Shown: positions 1 through 8,751 of the stretch, piece by piece
Numbering within the stretch: position 1 is the first letter of the stretch
How the letters are laid out: each line of letters opens with the position of its first letter
IMG/VR virus record: IMGVR_UViG_3300031705_000005
Span: 1 to 53,572 of that record
Length of the DNA stretch: 53,572 bases
Direction: 5' to 3' (one strand)
Source of the DNA: a virus
Lineage: Duplodnaviria; Caudoviricetes
Notes under the pieces: model-generated
The model's database searches: none
Seen by the model: the letters and a program-made list of their open reading frames with translations, nothing else
Told to the model about the DNA's origin: nothing
Made by a program: the position numbers and the translations under genes

Positions 1-2
1 AT

Positions 3-335
3 TACTATGGTACATCTAAATTCGAATCCGAAACACCTTATGTAGAATACGAACGAAGTATCTATGAAAGGTTAAGTGGTGAGGATGATGATGGAACGAC
101 TGGTGATGATTCACCACAGGCTGAATTCGATAGGATAGATAATTCCATTGTACTCTATTACCCTAAGATGGTTAGTAGAAAACATATCATTCAATGTTTA
201 GTGCATGAGTATCAACATTACCTTCAGTCACCTATCTGGATGAAACGTTACTATACTATGGGTCATTCTTATTCCAGCCACCCATACGAAGTAGCTGCAT
301 ATAAGGAAGAGGATAATTATAAATTATTCTCATAA
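3..335 (+). CDS. 5'-truncated zincin-like metallopeptidase domain protein
   Basis: Manual translation of frame 3 is open from the window edge to TAA at 333-335; contains HEYQH (HExxH) and downstream HPYEVAA. Not in the ORF track. Confidence 0.7.
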   Translation, partial: YYGTSKFESETPYVEYERSIYERLSGEDDDGTTGDDSPQAEFDRIDNSIVLYYPKMVSRKHIIQCLVHEYQHYLQSPIWMKRYYTMGHSYSSHPYEVAAYKEEDNYKLFS

Positions 336-342
336 TGAAACC

Positions 343-398
343 TTAACAATTTGTTAACATTAGAAATTAGGAATACCGATACAATTGTTGTATCTTTA
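343..398 (+). promoter_or_regulatory. Early promoter with TTAACA-N5-TTAACA operator
   Basis: TTAACA 343/354, TTAGG 367, 19-nt spacer, TATCTTTA 391; Bacteroidota -33/-7 architecture. Confidence 0.8.
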
Positions 399-464
399 TT
401 ATGTAATAAGAAAACGGGTTAGTTGTATCCCCATAAGATACCTCAGAATATAAACCATTAATAT

Positions 465-647
465 ATGTCAGATTTAAAAGAGTTAAATGAGTATGTAAAC
501 GAAGTGATGATGAGACACCCATCGCTTAAAGAAGAGGTAGTTGATTTGTTTCAACTAGCGATATCCGAAATCTCTGATGGGGAATCGGAATGGAATGAGT
601 GCCAGTTAGCAACAGGCAGTATAATGGATTTAATAGAAGAATTATGA
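465..647 (+). CDS. hypothetical protein
   Basis: 60-aa acidic ORF directly downstream of promoter. Confidence 0.7.
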   Translation: MSDLKELNEYVNEVMMRHPSLKEEVVDLFQLAISEISDGESEWNECQLATGSIMDLIEEL

Positions 648-916
648 GATACACAACAGACAACAGAGAGTTAACCGAACTTAAATCGGTAGGTGCTTGG
701 TTAGATACCGATAACATAATCGTTTATCCAATTCAAATTTCAGGCGCATTCTCCCCAGAGGATGGAGTATCCCTTATAGAAGAAGGGTTAAACCAAGAGT
801 GGTGGGATACATTATCCAAAGAGGATAAAACTATAATCGATAAAGCCCAATTAGCTAAAGTAGATATGATTGGATTCGAAGGAACTTGGAAAGCATTGGA
901 TGCTATTAAACTATAA
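644..916 (+). CDS. hypothetical protein
   Basis: Track ORF 599..916; ATG 644 overlaps the upstream stop (ATGA), so it is the likelier start. Confidence 0.7.
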   Translation: MRYTTDNRELTELKSVGAWLDTDNIIVYPIQISGAFSPEDGVSLIEEGLNQEWWDTLSKEDKTIIDKAQLAKVDMIGFEGTWKALDAIKL

Positions 917-920
917 CAAT

Positions 921-1145
921 ATGAAAACATTACAAATGAAAGAGTACGAAACTGAGATTAATGTGAATAACATAATCACATTACTGAACCACATAACTGA
1001 TAATTTAAGTTGTGTAGATGGTGAAACCTTACAATACATTATAGAGAAGGTTGGTATGAAAGAACAAATGTTAAGACAGTTAATGATGAGTTCCAATCTC
1101 AATGAGGTATCATCTTTATATAATGAACGTAAAACTATACTATAA
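921..1145 (+). CDS. hypothetical protein
   Basis: Track ORF 870..1145; ATG 921 lies just after the upstream stop. Confidence 0.65.
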   Translation: MKTLQMKEYETEINVNNIITLLNHITDNLSCVDGETLQYIIEKVGMKEQMLRQLMMSSNLNEVSSLYNERKTIL

Positions 1146-1345
1146 TGAAAATTACTAAGAAATCAATGTTATCGGGTGTTACACATACAATGGATATGGA
1201 TGTAACTACCGACCAAATGAAACGATATGAACTAGGTGTGGAATTAACCCAACTTATATTTCCAAATGTAACTCCAAACGAAAGGGAGTTTCTAATCTCT
1301 GGTATTACACCAGAAGAGTGGACAGAAGCTTTCGGTGATGAATAA
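1145..1345 (+). CDS. hypothetical phage protein
   Basis: 66 aa, TAATG coupling; C-terminal EREFLISGITPEEW. Confidence 0.75.
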   Translation: MKITKKSMLSGVTHTMDMDVTTDQMKRYELGVELTQLIFPNVTPNEREFLISGITPEEWTEAFGDE

Positions 1346-1355
1346 ATTATAAGCA

Positions 1356-1712
1356 ATGGATTTAAAAGAAAATAAGATGAAAAAATTTAAAATGATAGAT
1401 GTAGAAGAACAAAGAGAAATGGTTTGGGAAATCGTTAGAGATTATTTCAATGATAATAGTATGCATGTTGGGCTTCATAAATTATTTGAAGATAGTGTAG
1501 AGCATGTTATTGATACCGGAGCAAGTATTTTATGTACCAAATGGGGTATTGGATATGAAGGTGGTAGTTTTGTACAAGCCGTTGTCGCTAATGATTTAAT
1601 GAGAGCAGTAGGTTCTGCTGATTACATTAACGCTAACGCATTAAAGTTCTATACTCAACTAATGTATAATGTAGGTAAACCAATTTGGAATGAATCTACC
1701 ACAACCGTTTAA
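1356..1712 (+). CDS. hypothetical phage protein
   Basis: 118-aa ORF in a tightly packed run. Confidence 0.75.
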   Translation: MDLKENKMKKFKMIDVEEQREMVWEIVRDYFNDNSMHVGLHKLFEDSVEHVIDTGASILCTKWGIGYEGGSFVQAVVANDLMRAVGSADYINANALKFYTQLMYNVGKPIWNESTTTV

Positions 1713-1716
1713 TGAT

Positions 1717-1920
1717 ATGAGAAAGAAAGTCGAAGGGAATGAATTAAGAGAGTTAGCCAAACAGATTGTACTAACTACAAATGAATGTACGAATGATTAT
1801 GATGCCGTTGATGATGTAATGGTATTACTATCTAAACATTTCAAAAGAGAGAAACGAATGGCAATGAGTTTTTCACACAAACTAAAATTAACTAAACTGA
1901 ATAACCTATGGGAATCGTAA
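1717..1920 (+). CDS. hypothetical protein
   Basis: Track ORF 1690..1920; ATG 1717 preferred. Confidence 0.6.
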   Translation: MRKKVEGNELRELAKQIVLTTNECTNDYDAVDDVMVLLSKHFKREKRMAMSFSHKLKLTKLNNLWES

Positions 1921-2093
1921 AGAAACTGAAGAGTAAATTATTAACCAAATTATTTGTAGATTGGGTAAGTGAAACGAAGGATTTAGAAGCACTACAATTT
2001 TCAAAAGAGTTGTTAGAGAAAAGATACAATAGCGTTAACGGACACAGACCTATAATGGGATTTGTGATGAACAGTACAACCGTAATTGAGTAA
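1908..2093 (+). CDS. hypothetical protein
   Basis: 61-aa ORF overlapping the upstream stop. Confidence 0.6.
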   Translation: MGIVKKLKSKLLTKLFVDWVSETKDLEALQFSKELLEKRYNSVNGHRPIMGFVMNSTTVIE

Positions 2094-2097
2094 GGGT

Positions 2098-2463
2098 ATG
2101 AAGAGTGATTATGGACCAACAGTAAGTAGTAGGATGTGGAAGTGTTTAGCGATACTCACCGATAACTGTATCGGTACACCATGTTCGATTAACTGCCCGA
2201 TTCAAGGTAAATGGGAATTGGTTTGTAATAGAGAAGATACTATAGTAGAGTACGGTTCATTCCGATTAAATAATCTCATAGATACGGAAATGTTCTCTCA
2301 CTTCATTAACCCTTCCGATTTATATAAGGAACTAAGAAAACACCCACGGATGAGAATCGTACTTAGAACGATGATTGAATACTATAACCATTCCGTTGAA
2401 ATAAATAAAACAGTAAAAAACAAAGATTATTATGAAAGCAGAAATATTAAAACATTACGGTGA
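2098..2463 (+). CDS. hypothetical protein
   Basis: Track ORF 2086..2463; ATG 2098 preferred. Confidence 0.6.
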   Translation: MKSDYGPTVSSRMWKCLAILTDNCIGTPCSINCPIQGKWELVCNREDTIVEYGSFRLNNLIDTEMFSHFINPSDLYKELRKHPRMRIVLRTMIEYYNHSVEINKTVKNKDYYESRNIKTLR

Positions 2464-2701
2464 TACTGATACCATTCTATTTGCGGATGGGTTTGATAAA
2501 TGTATAATTGGATTCGAACCTAACCTATGGAAAGTGGTGTACTCTCGGAACTTATGTATCCAGCTGATGGTGGATGATTTAATGGATGAGGTGGAAGCAG
2601 TTGAGTATTTAGAGTTTAATACATTCAACGCACATATGGGTGATAAGACTCCTATATGGGTTGAGGATTTTAAATGGAATACACAAACTAATAGTTTCTA
2701 A
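2432..2701 (+). CDS. hypothetical phage protein
   Basis: 89 aa with an LFADGFD..IIG / EAVEYLEFN / MGDKTP pattern. Confidence 0.75.
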   Translation: MKAEILKHYGDTDTILFADGFDKCIIGFEPNLWKVVYSRNLCIQLMVDDLMDEVEAVEYLEFNTFNAHMGDKTPIWVEDFKWNTQTNSF

Positions 2702-2720
2702 ATTAAAACAAAAGTAAACT

Positions 2721-2831
2721 ATGAGAAAGTTAATATTTGAGTTATACAGTACGAATCAAATTTCAGAAGAAGTAGCTCATCAACTTTTAGATGAGTTGTA
2801 TAATAGAAAAAGTAAAGATTATAAATTATAA
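2721..2831 (+). CDS. small hypothetical protein (36 aa)
   Basis: Manual translation MRKLIFELYS...KDYKL with A-rich leader; fills a gap. Confidence 0.55.
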   Translation: MRKLIFELYSTNQISEEVAHQLLDELYNRKSKDYKL

Positions 2832-2834
2832 GAT

Positions 2835-2990
2835 ATGGAAGAGATGTATAAGCAAGGTCAATTAGATTTGATACGTAAGATTAAAGAAGATGTAGCTAAG
2901 CTAGTTGCATCAGAACCAGAAGGGTTTGATTTAGCATTGGATATAATCCATCTGTTACAACGTATCAAGCCAATCGAAATTGTAAATTAA
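2835..2990 (+). CDS. small hypothetical protein (51 aa)
   Basis: Manual translation MEEMYKQGQL...IEIVN; fills a gap. Confidence 0.6.
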   Translation: MEEMYKQGQLDLIRKIKEDVAKLVASEPEGFDLALDIIHLLQRIKPIEIVN

Positions 2991-2995
2991 AGGAT

Positions 2996-3271
2996 ATGAA
3001 AATAACAGAAAATCAATTAGCAGCGTTACAACGAATGTGTGATTCAGATGGTGCTTATAATTGTGATGGGTATCGTATAGTGAGGTATGGTGTGGATGTA
3101 TTCCAATTAGAATTAGGAACGGGTACATACGCAGTTCCACAAGTATGTGGAATCAAGCGTGATACAAAGTTACCTATTAGCATTCAATCAATACTCAGAC
3201 AATTATACAATAGCTGGGAACGAACTCCATCTAGATTAACTGATAACACAGAGCAACCTTTAGAATTATGA
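2996..3271 (+). CDS. hypothetical protein
   Basis: 91-aa ORF. Confidence 0.65.
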   Translation: MKITENQLAALQRMCDSDGAYNCDGYRIVRYGVDVFQLELGTGTYAVPQVCGIKRDTKLPISIQSILRQLYNSWERTPSRLTDNTEQPLEL

Positions 3272-3405
3272 AGATAACAACACAAAGTATATGTGGGCAG
3301 ATTTATATAATCCCTACTATAAAAATAACATATGATAAATTCCTTAACGGAGATTATGAAGTGATATTCGTTTGGTATAAAACCGCATTGGTAATATCAT
3401 TTTAA
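3268..3405 (+). CDS. small hypothetical protein (45 aa)
   Basis: ATGA overlap; MKITTQSICG...LVISF. Confidence 0.55.
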   Translation: MKITTQSICGQIYIIPTIKITYDKFLNGDYEVIFVWYKTALVISF

Positions 3406-3409
3406 TAAC

Positions 3410-3465
3410 TTAACAATTTGATAACATTAGAAATTTGGCAGTCTCAACTATTATCTGTATATTTG
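3410..3465 (+). promoter_or_regulatory. Early promoter with direct-repeat operator
   Basis: TTAACA 3410, ATAACA 3421, TTTGG 3434, 19 nt, TATATTTG 3458 (canonical TAnnTTTG). Confidence 0.8.
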
Positions 3466-3529
3466 TATTGTAGGTTAGAGAGGGGGGAGATACCACCCGA
3501 ACCGATTACTAATTAAAAAATAAATAGAA

Positions 3530-3721
3530 ATGGAAAATAACAAATTTGAAGAGCAGGTGTTTTGGAAAGATGGATTTAGTGGGGAAGCCGAAGGTGGAAT
3601 GCACTTCCGTTCATTTGATTTAAACAAATTCATTAAGAAGGTCGAATCCGCTGAAGAAAATGGTGAGGTCGTAGGGATTAAGTTTGAAGGTAATAATTTA
3701 GAATTAATCATTAAAAAATAA
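3530..3721 (+). CDS. hypothetical protein
   Basis: 63 aa, first ORF after promoter. Confidence 0.7.
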   Translation: MENNKFEEQVFWKDGFSGEAEGGMHFRSFDLNKFIKKVESAEENGEVVGIKFEGNNLELIIKK

Positions 3722-3724
3722 CAT

Positions 3725-4015
3725 ATGAAATCATTTAAAGATTTAACATTCAAACCTCATCAGATGGGTGAGGGTATTCAAGCTCATTATGTATTCGATA
3801 ATGATTACGAAATTAGTGTTGCAGCTGGGAAGTTTTGTTACTCAACACCAAAAGCTGAAGTTCCATTAGGGGCATATACCGCATTTGAAGTAGCAATCTT
3901 TAATTCAGATGGTGATTTCTGTACAGGTGAATTATGTGCTTCTACTGATGATGTTGTAGGTTGGTGTAGTAGAACTGATATCGATAATTTGATGGAAATA
4001 GCACAAGAACAATAG
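3725..4015 (+). CDS. hypothetical phage protein
   Basis: 96 aa with FEVAI / DDVVGW motifs. Confidence 0.75.
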   Translation: MKSFKDLTFKPHQMGEGIQAHYVFDNDYEISVAAGKFCYSTPKAEVPLGAYTAFEVAIFNSDGDFCTGELCASTDDVVGWCSRTDIDNLMEIAQEQ

Positions 4016-4043
4016 GTTAAACCAATGACCAAACGTGATGAAT

Positions 4044-4514
4044 GATTCTTAATTGATGATTAGCGTTAAATAAAGGTAGAATATAAATTGTGTTAAAGTA
4101 GATTAAGTTCGAATATATACTGTTTGGTATGTGCATAATAAATCTACCAAGTGTACCAACTGTATTGTAATATGTTGGATAAATAAATTTATAGGATGCT
4201 CAATTTGCGAGGGAAGGCTTACACAACCCCTGCACCAAAGGACAACTGTTAAGACAACCATTTGAGAGTTTAGTGTGGGTAAAGTCACAGGAAGCTAATT
4301 TATTAATACACTTAGGAGTTTACAGCAAGAGATAATAGTAAAGCTGATTAAATTGAGATTAAGGTAAAGGTTAACCTCTCATTCATGCAGTAACCTCGAA
4401 AGACCCGAAAGATTATCTCGTGACCATTTATAGTAGTGATAACCAGAACAAAGCTAAATAGCACAAAAGGTTATAGGAGATGCTAGCTATTATAGATGGT
4501 GCTAATAAAGAATC
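4044..4514 (+). ncRNA. Putative large structured non-coding RNA (~470 nt), family unknown
   Basis: No credible ORF; end-closing helices 4044-50/4508-14 and 4059-65/4500-06, many internal helices and two potential pseudoknots; an internal domain is duplicated at 9563-9662. Confidence 0.7.
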
Positions 4515-4516
4515 TT

Positions 4517-4614
4517 AATTGTTAATAACTTTTGAAAATAAACTGAAAACCATTAGGAATTTCAATTTAAATTGCGTATCTTTATTATATAATAAGAAAG
4601 GGGCAGAGTTGAAT
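4517..4614 (+). promoter_or_regulatory. Early promoter repeat (near-identical to 15013-15110)
   Basis: TGTTAATAA 4520, TTAGG 4553, 19 nt, TATCTTTA 4577, conserved TAATAAGAAAGGG leader. Confidence 0.8.
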
Positions 4615-4634
4615 CTAATTAACAAATATAAATT

Positions 4635-4949
4635 ATGAACAAAATAGAAAACTATTCACTTCTAAATGGAACAAGCTTTCATGGTAGTGTAATTAAAACA
4701 ACACCAAATGCTTTAATCAAATTAGCCGAATCACTTGGTGGGGATTATAATTCTGATAACGGTGGTGATGATAAAACTAATTTCGATTTTGGATTTGAAA
4801 CTGATAATGGAATTTCGTTCTCAGTATATGATTGGAAAGAATACAGGTCATTAGACTTGTCCGAAGTGGTAACGTTCCATATAGGAACTCACTCAAAGAT
4901 GGATGGGATAACGGCTAAAGAGGAACTTACAAATACATTAAATAAATAA
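4635..4949 (+). CDS. hypothetical phage protein
   Basis: 104 aa with FSVYDWKEY and FHIG motifs. Confidence 0.75.
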   Translation: MNKIENYSLLNGTSFHGSVIKTTPNALIKLAESLGGDYNSDNGGDDKTNFDFGFETDNGISFSVYDWKEYRSLDLSEVVTFHIGTHSKMDGITAKEELTNTLNK

Positions 4950-4953
4950 GATT

Positions 4954-5640
4954 ATGAAAATATGGCACATAAGTGATACACATACTTATCACGACTTACT
5001 AACAATTCCAACGGGAATAGATATGGTTATCTTTAGTGGTGACTGTTCTAACCCAAGAGACCCATATACCAATGAACCTGAAGTAAGAGGGTTCATCGAT
5101 TGGTTTGGCTCGTTACCTATTAAACATAAAGTGTTTGTAGCAGGTAACCACGATACCTCAATTGAAAAGGGATTGGTGACTAAAGATGATTTTGATTCTA
5201 ATTGTATTCACTACTTAGAGAATACCCATATTACTATTGAAGGTATTAAAATATTTGGTTCACCATATACTCCATCATTTGGAATGGGGTGGGCATTTAA
5301 CAAAGCAAGAAATAAGTTAGATAGAATTTGGGCTAGTATAATTGATACTGATTCAGATATTATTATAACACATGGACCACCAAAAGGAATATTGGATATG
5401 GGTATTGATAGACTGAACGTAATGGAGTTTTGTGGATGTAAAAGTTTATGGAACGTTGTTAAATCAATCAACCCTCAACTGCAGTTGTTCGGTCACATAC
5501 ATAACTGTAAAGACATTATCAACGCAGGGACTCGAACTGTTGATGGATTGGATACTATCTTTTCAAATGGCTCAGTAATAACCGATGGAAAATTCGGTAA
5601 GTTAAGTAGTAACGGAAATATATTAGAAATAAACAAATAG
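4954..5640 (+). CDS. Calcineurin-like metallophosphoesterase
   Basis: Motifs SDTH, SGD, GNHD, THGPP, FGHIH. Confidence 0.92.
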   Translation: MKIWHISDTHTYHDLLTIPTGIDMVIFSGDCSNPRDPYTNEPEVRGFIDWFGSLPIKHKVFVAGNHDTSIEKGLVTKDDFDSNCIHYLENTHITIEGIKIFGSPYTPSFGMGWAFNKARNKLDRIWASIIDTDSDIIITHGPPKGILDMGIDRLNVMEFCGCKSLWNVVKSINPQLQLFGHIHNCKDIINAGTRTVDGLDTIFSNGSVITDGKFGKLSSNGNILEINK

Positions 5641-5646
5641 AAAGTT

Positions 5647-6078
5647 ATGGCAACATTAGAAGTAAACAATAAGCAATTGAGATTAATTCAATCAGCATTA
5701 GATTTATATTCAAGGATAGGTATCGGACAATTTGAGGTGATTAAAGAACACCCAACATTTGAAAGACATTTAGCAAACCAACTTATAGATAAGGATGGAA
5801 AAACTGATTATGGACAATACCATACAGTTAGAGATTCAGTAGATTTGATGTTAGTTCAACCTAGGAATATGTTAATACAAGAACCTAACCACCCACAGAA
5901 TGGGAGTTGGGGTATTCATAATCCAAAGGTAGACGAAACCTGTAGAGATGCATATGATTTGATTCAAGTAATCAGACATGAATTTTGGAAAGCTCAGAGT
6001 GAACCAACTAATCACACAGTCGATTCATCGGTTCATTTAACAAATGAGGATTCAAATAATATAAAAGTAACGCTATGA
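5647..6078 (+). CDS. hypothetical protein
   Basis: 143-aa ORF. Confidence 0.75.
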   Translation: MATLEVNNKQLRLIQSALDLYSRIGIGQFEVIKEHPTFERHLANQLIDKDGKTDYGQYHTVRDSVDLMLVQPRNMLIQEPNHPQNGSWGIHNPKVDETCRDAYDLIQVIRHEFWKAQSEPTNHTVDSSVHLTNEDSNNIKVTL

Positions 6079-6407
6079 GTAAATTAGAACAGAAAAAGCT
6101 ACACTTAACTTTAGATGAGCTATTTGATACAGTCGCTAGGCCAATAGAAGATGATAATTGGAAGTTGGTAAGAGAGAGGGATGATTTAACTTTATATTCA
6201 GCCGATGTAATGTGGTTAGAATTTAATGAAGATAGGACGTACAAAGCAAAGCAAGAGCAAATTGGTATTGGGTGTAGTTTACTCATGTCACCATTCACCT
6301 TCCAATTCACATGGCAGACTACAATGGTAACTGAAATTGTAGAGGTTACTAAAGAATATACTAAATTCAAAACAAAGAATAGTAATTACATATTATATAA
6401 GATATGA
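6075..6407 (+). CDS. hypothetical protein
   Basis: 110 aa, ATGA overlap. Confidence 0.75.
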   Translation: MSKLEQKKLHLTLDELFDTVARPIEDDNWKLVRERDDLTLYSADVMWLEFNEDRTYKAKQEQIGIGCSLLMSPFTFQFTWQTTMVTEIVEVTKEYTKFKTKNSNYILYKI

Positions 6408-6811
6408 AAACAGAAACAATTACAAATAGATATAACGATGAATTTACATTCACCGAATTAAAGGATGGGAACATCCAATGGGCTGGTAACTTTGAGTACG
6501 CTCGTTGTGGATTTCCAAATGATTACTCAAACGCATATAAAGTATTTAGTGAGAATAAAGATGAAGATTCATTATCATTAGAAGAATTTATATTTGAAGT
6601 ACATCAAAGTATACATGATGAAGATGGTAAGTATATATCACCCGGACCAATCGCTGATGGGTATAGGAATTTAGTTACCTCCAAAATACACGTTATAGAT
6701 ATGGTTGACCCAAGTGGTGGACCATACATGTCAGCGGGAATGAACTTGATGGGTAAAACTATTGTAGAATTTAAATCTAATAAAGACGGATACTTAATTA
6801 TAACTAAATAA
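6404..6811 (+). CDS. hypothetical protein
   Basis: 135 aa with a VDPSGGPY motif. Confidence 0.75.
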   Translation: MKTETITNRYNDEFTFTELKDGNIQWAGNFEYARCGFPNDYSNAYKVFSENKDEDSLSLEEFIFEVHQSIHDEDGKYISPGPIADGYRNLVTSKIHVIDMVDPSGGPYMSAGMNLMGKTIVEFKSNKDGYLIITK

Positions 6812-6817
6812 AAAGAA

Positions 6818-6967
6818 ATGAAAAAGAATATAGATAAAAACTTAACACAGGGTAGAACTCATAAGCAAGTAGAGGATAACGAACTGACGATGGGATTGAT
6901 ATTAAAAGCAGCTGTTGCTTTCATATGTGGTTCAATTATTTACAACGTAGTTACATACGGTATTTAA
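6818..6967 (+). CDS. small membrane protein (49 aa)
   Basis: Manual translation; one C-terminal hydrophobic helix. Confidence 0.55.
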   Translation: MKKNIDKNLTQGRTHKQVEDNELTMGLILKAAVAFICGSIIYNVVTYGI

Positions 6968-6971
6968 TAAT

Positions 6972-7100
6972 ATGGATATATACAAACACATTAAAACTGA
7001 ATCTAAATATAACGAGCTTTTAGCAAGTGGTATGTTTTGGGAATTTCACCCTGAGCTTATGGGGACTTGGAAAATCGATACGCTTGTAATAAACAAATAG
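6972..7100 (+). CDS. small hypothetical protein (42 aa)
   Basis: Manual translation containing LLASGMFWEFHPELMGTW. Confidence 0.55.
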   Translation: MDIYKHIKTESKYNELLASGMFWEFHPELMGTWKIDTLVINK

Positions 7101-7117
7101 GTTACATTATTAATACA

Positions 7118-7288
7118 ATGGGAATGAATAAATCATATGTGCCTGAATTAGAAGTAATCAGAGAGTGGAGTATTGAACGTATTTATAAACGATATCACAA
7201 AACAGAAATGTATGTAGGTAGCTCGGATAGCATTAGATACATAGAAGAACAGTTAATCAAATTTGAAAAATCAAAAAACGATGAGTGA
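7118..7288 (+). CDS. hypothetical protein
   Basis: Track ORF 7067..7288; ATG 7118 preferred. Confidence 0.55.
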   Translation: MGMNKSYVPELEVIREWSIERIYKRYHKTEMYVGSSDSIRYIEEQLIKFEKSKNDE

Positions 7289-7667
7289 GGAATCAACAGA
7301 AACACAGAGCCCGATTTATGTAAGACGGTGTGAGACTTGGACAACAACTGCAGCCACCAAACCAATCAAAGTGGATGTAATTAAACTCCGAAAATGTACA
7401 CCACCATATAGTGGGACAATGAACGATGAGCTAATGTTATATCTTACCGATGAGGTATGGAAAAGCGAAGATTGGTATGAACGAAATAAAGAAACCTATG
7501 GGGATGGAGAAGCTTGGGACTTGGTATTTGTGTTTGGTTCGTTAGATGAGTATTGGGATTCCCGCAACAAAGGTTGTGATGATTGGATAGAAGTTGGTGT
7601 TCCAAATAAAATACTCAGCAAGCGTGGGGACTTCGAATGTTTCGAAGGTTCAAATTTATATAGTTAA
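7281..7667 (+). CDS. hypothetical protein
   Basis: Track ORF 7263..7667; ATG 7281 preferred. Confidence 0.7.
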   Translation: MSEESTETQSPIYVRRCETWTTTAATKPIKVDVIKLRKCTPPYSGTMNDELMLYLTDEVWKSEDWYERNKETYGDGEAWDLVFVFGSLDEYWDSRNKGCDDWIEVGVPNKILSKRGDFECFEGSNLYS

Positions 7668-7678
7668 AAAAAGAAGTT

Positions 7679-8242
7679 ATGGCAAATCACATTACAAATT
7701 ACATTGAAATTAGAAATAGTAATCCATCTGTATTAGCAGAAGTGGAGAAGATATTTAAAACAAAAGAAGGTCAGTACGATACTGATACTGAACAATTAGC
7801 TCAAGGAGTTTATGGGGATGAGTATCCCGGTGAATACGAAAGGAGTTGGATAATTGAAAACTGTGGCGCTAAGTGGTTTCACGGAATGATTGATGAGGGT
7901 GGAGAAGATTATATCAATATTCAGATGGAATCCGCATGGGATGCCCCATCCGAGTGGGTTGTAAAACTTACTGAGAAGTTGGTAGCAATCAAATCTGATA
8001 TTATTATTACTAACACATATGAAGATGAGGGTTATAATTTCGTAGGTGTACACTTATGTGCTAAGCATGAGGATGAACATTTACAATTAGATATGGAAGA
8101 GTACGATTTAGAGAAGGTATGGGATGATGATGACGTGCGTGATAGGTTATATGATGACCAATATACATTAAAAGATGAATTACTTGCTAATTATGCTGAG
8201 TTATTATTAGATATGGAGAAGAATCCCGCAGATTATAAATAA
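7679..8242 (+). CDS. YubB/DUF1281-like ferredoxin-fold phage protein
   Basis: MANH..N start, NCGAKW and ESAWDAP motifs resemble this family (recognised from memory). Confidence 0.55.
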   Translation: MANHITNYIEIRNSNPSVLAEVEKIFKTKEGQYDTDTEQLAQGVYGDEYPGEYERSWIIENCGAKWFHGMIDEGGEDYINIQMESAWDAPSEWVVKLTEKLVAIKSDIIITNTYEDEGYNFVGVHLCAKHEDEHLQLDMEEYDLEKVWDDDDVRDRLYDDQYTLKDELLANYAELLLDMEKNPADYK

Positions 8243-8247
8243 ATATT

Positions 8248-8421
8248 ATGACAACATACCAACATTCAGTAGCAATACTACTAATATCACTATTATTATC
8301 AGGTAGTGATTTGATATCATTTAAAATAGTAGGTGGAATTTTATCAGTAATAGCACTCCGTTTAGCCAGAAGGTCTGGTATTAACGATGGAAGTGAGTAT
8401 GATGAGGAAAATAATGAATAA
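8248..8421 (+). CDS. small membrane protein (57 aa)
   Basis: Manual translation; two hydrophobic segments and an acidic tail. Confidence 0.55.
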   Translation: MTTYQHSVAILLISLLLSGSDLISFKIVGGILSVIALRLARRSGINDGSEYDEENNE

Positions 8422-8445
8422 AATTAACGATTTTTGTCAATAAAA

Positions 8446-8477
8446 TTAGGAAATTCAATAATTAATTCGTATATTTG
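8446..8477 (+). promoter_or_regulatory. Promoter of RNA/tRNA cluster
   Basis: TTAGG-N19-TATATTTG. Confidence 0.8.
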
Positions 8478-8490
8478 TAAAAGAAATGAT

Positions 8491-8656
8491 AAAACGGCCT
8501 GATTCCGATGCATAGGATAGGGAACGAAGCTCACGGATGACGGATTTACTTAATATTAAACCTCAACTATCTTCGGATTGATTGAACTGTTAAGTAGATT
8601 GGCTCGGAGGCCGGTCGAATCGTTTGTCGGATTAGTTGGTAACTCTAAGGCGTTTT
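8491..8656 (+). ncRNA. Putative rod-shaped ncRNA (~165 nt, 6S-like architecture)
   Basis: Starts just after the promoter; closing stems 8491-8510/8625-8656; 13-bp helix 8543-55/8588-8600; apical C(UUCG)G at 8571-76. Confidence 0.55.
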
Positions 8657-8669
8657 TAAAAGTTACAAT

Positions 8670-8751
8670 GGAAGAGTGGACAATGGTTGTTAAACTGTCT
8701 TGAAAACAGTCGGGTGTTAAAGCTTTGTAGGTTCGAATCCTATCTCTTCCG
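8670..8751 (+). tRNA. tRNA-Ser(TGA)
   Basis: GGAAGAG/CTCTTCC acceptor, ACTGT-CTTGAAA-ACAGT anticodon arm, long variable arm, GGTTCGAATCC, G73; short D-loop; CCA not encoded. Confidence 0.9.

Noticed and set aside
4329-4419. Duplicated RNA domain as a hammerhead ribozyme or c-di-AMP/TPP riboswitch
   Set aside because: CTGATTA does not fit CUGANGA and the stem order is wrong; the resemblance to c-di-AMP (CAG.TAACCTCG) and TPP elements is only local, and neither copy sits in a 5' leader.
4044-4514. Large RNA as RNase P RNA, tmRNA or group I/II intron
   Set aside because: No GAGGAAAGUCC/P4 pairing, no tRNA-like ends, no recognisable P7 or domain V, and it does not interrupt a gene.
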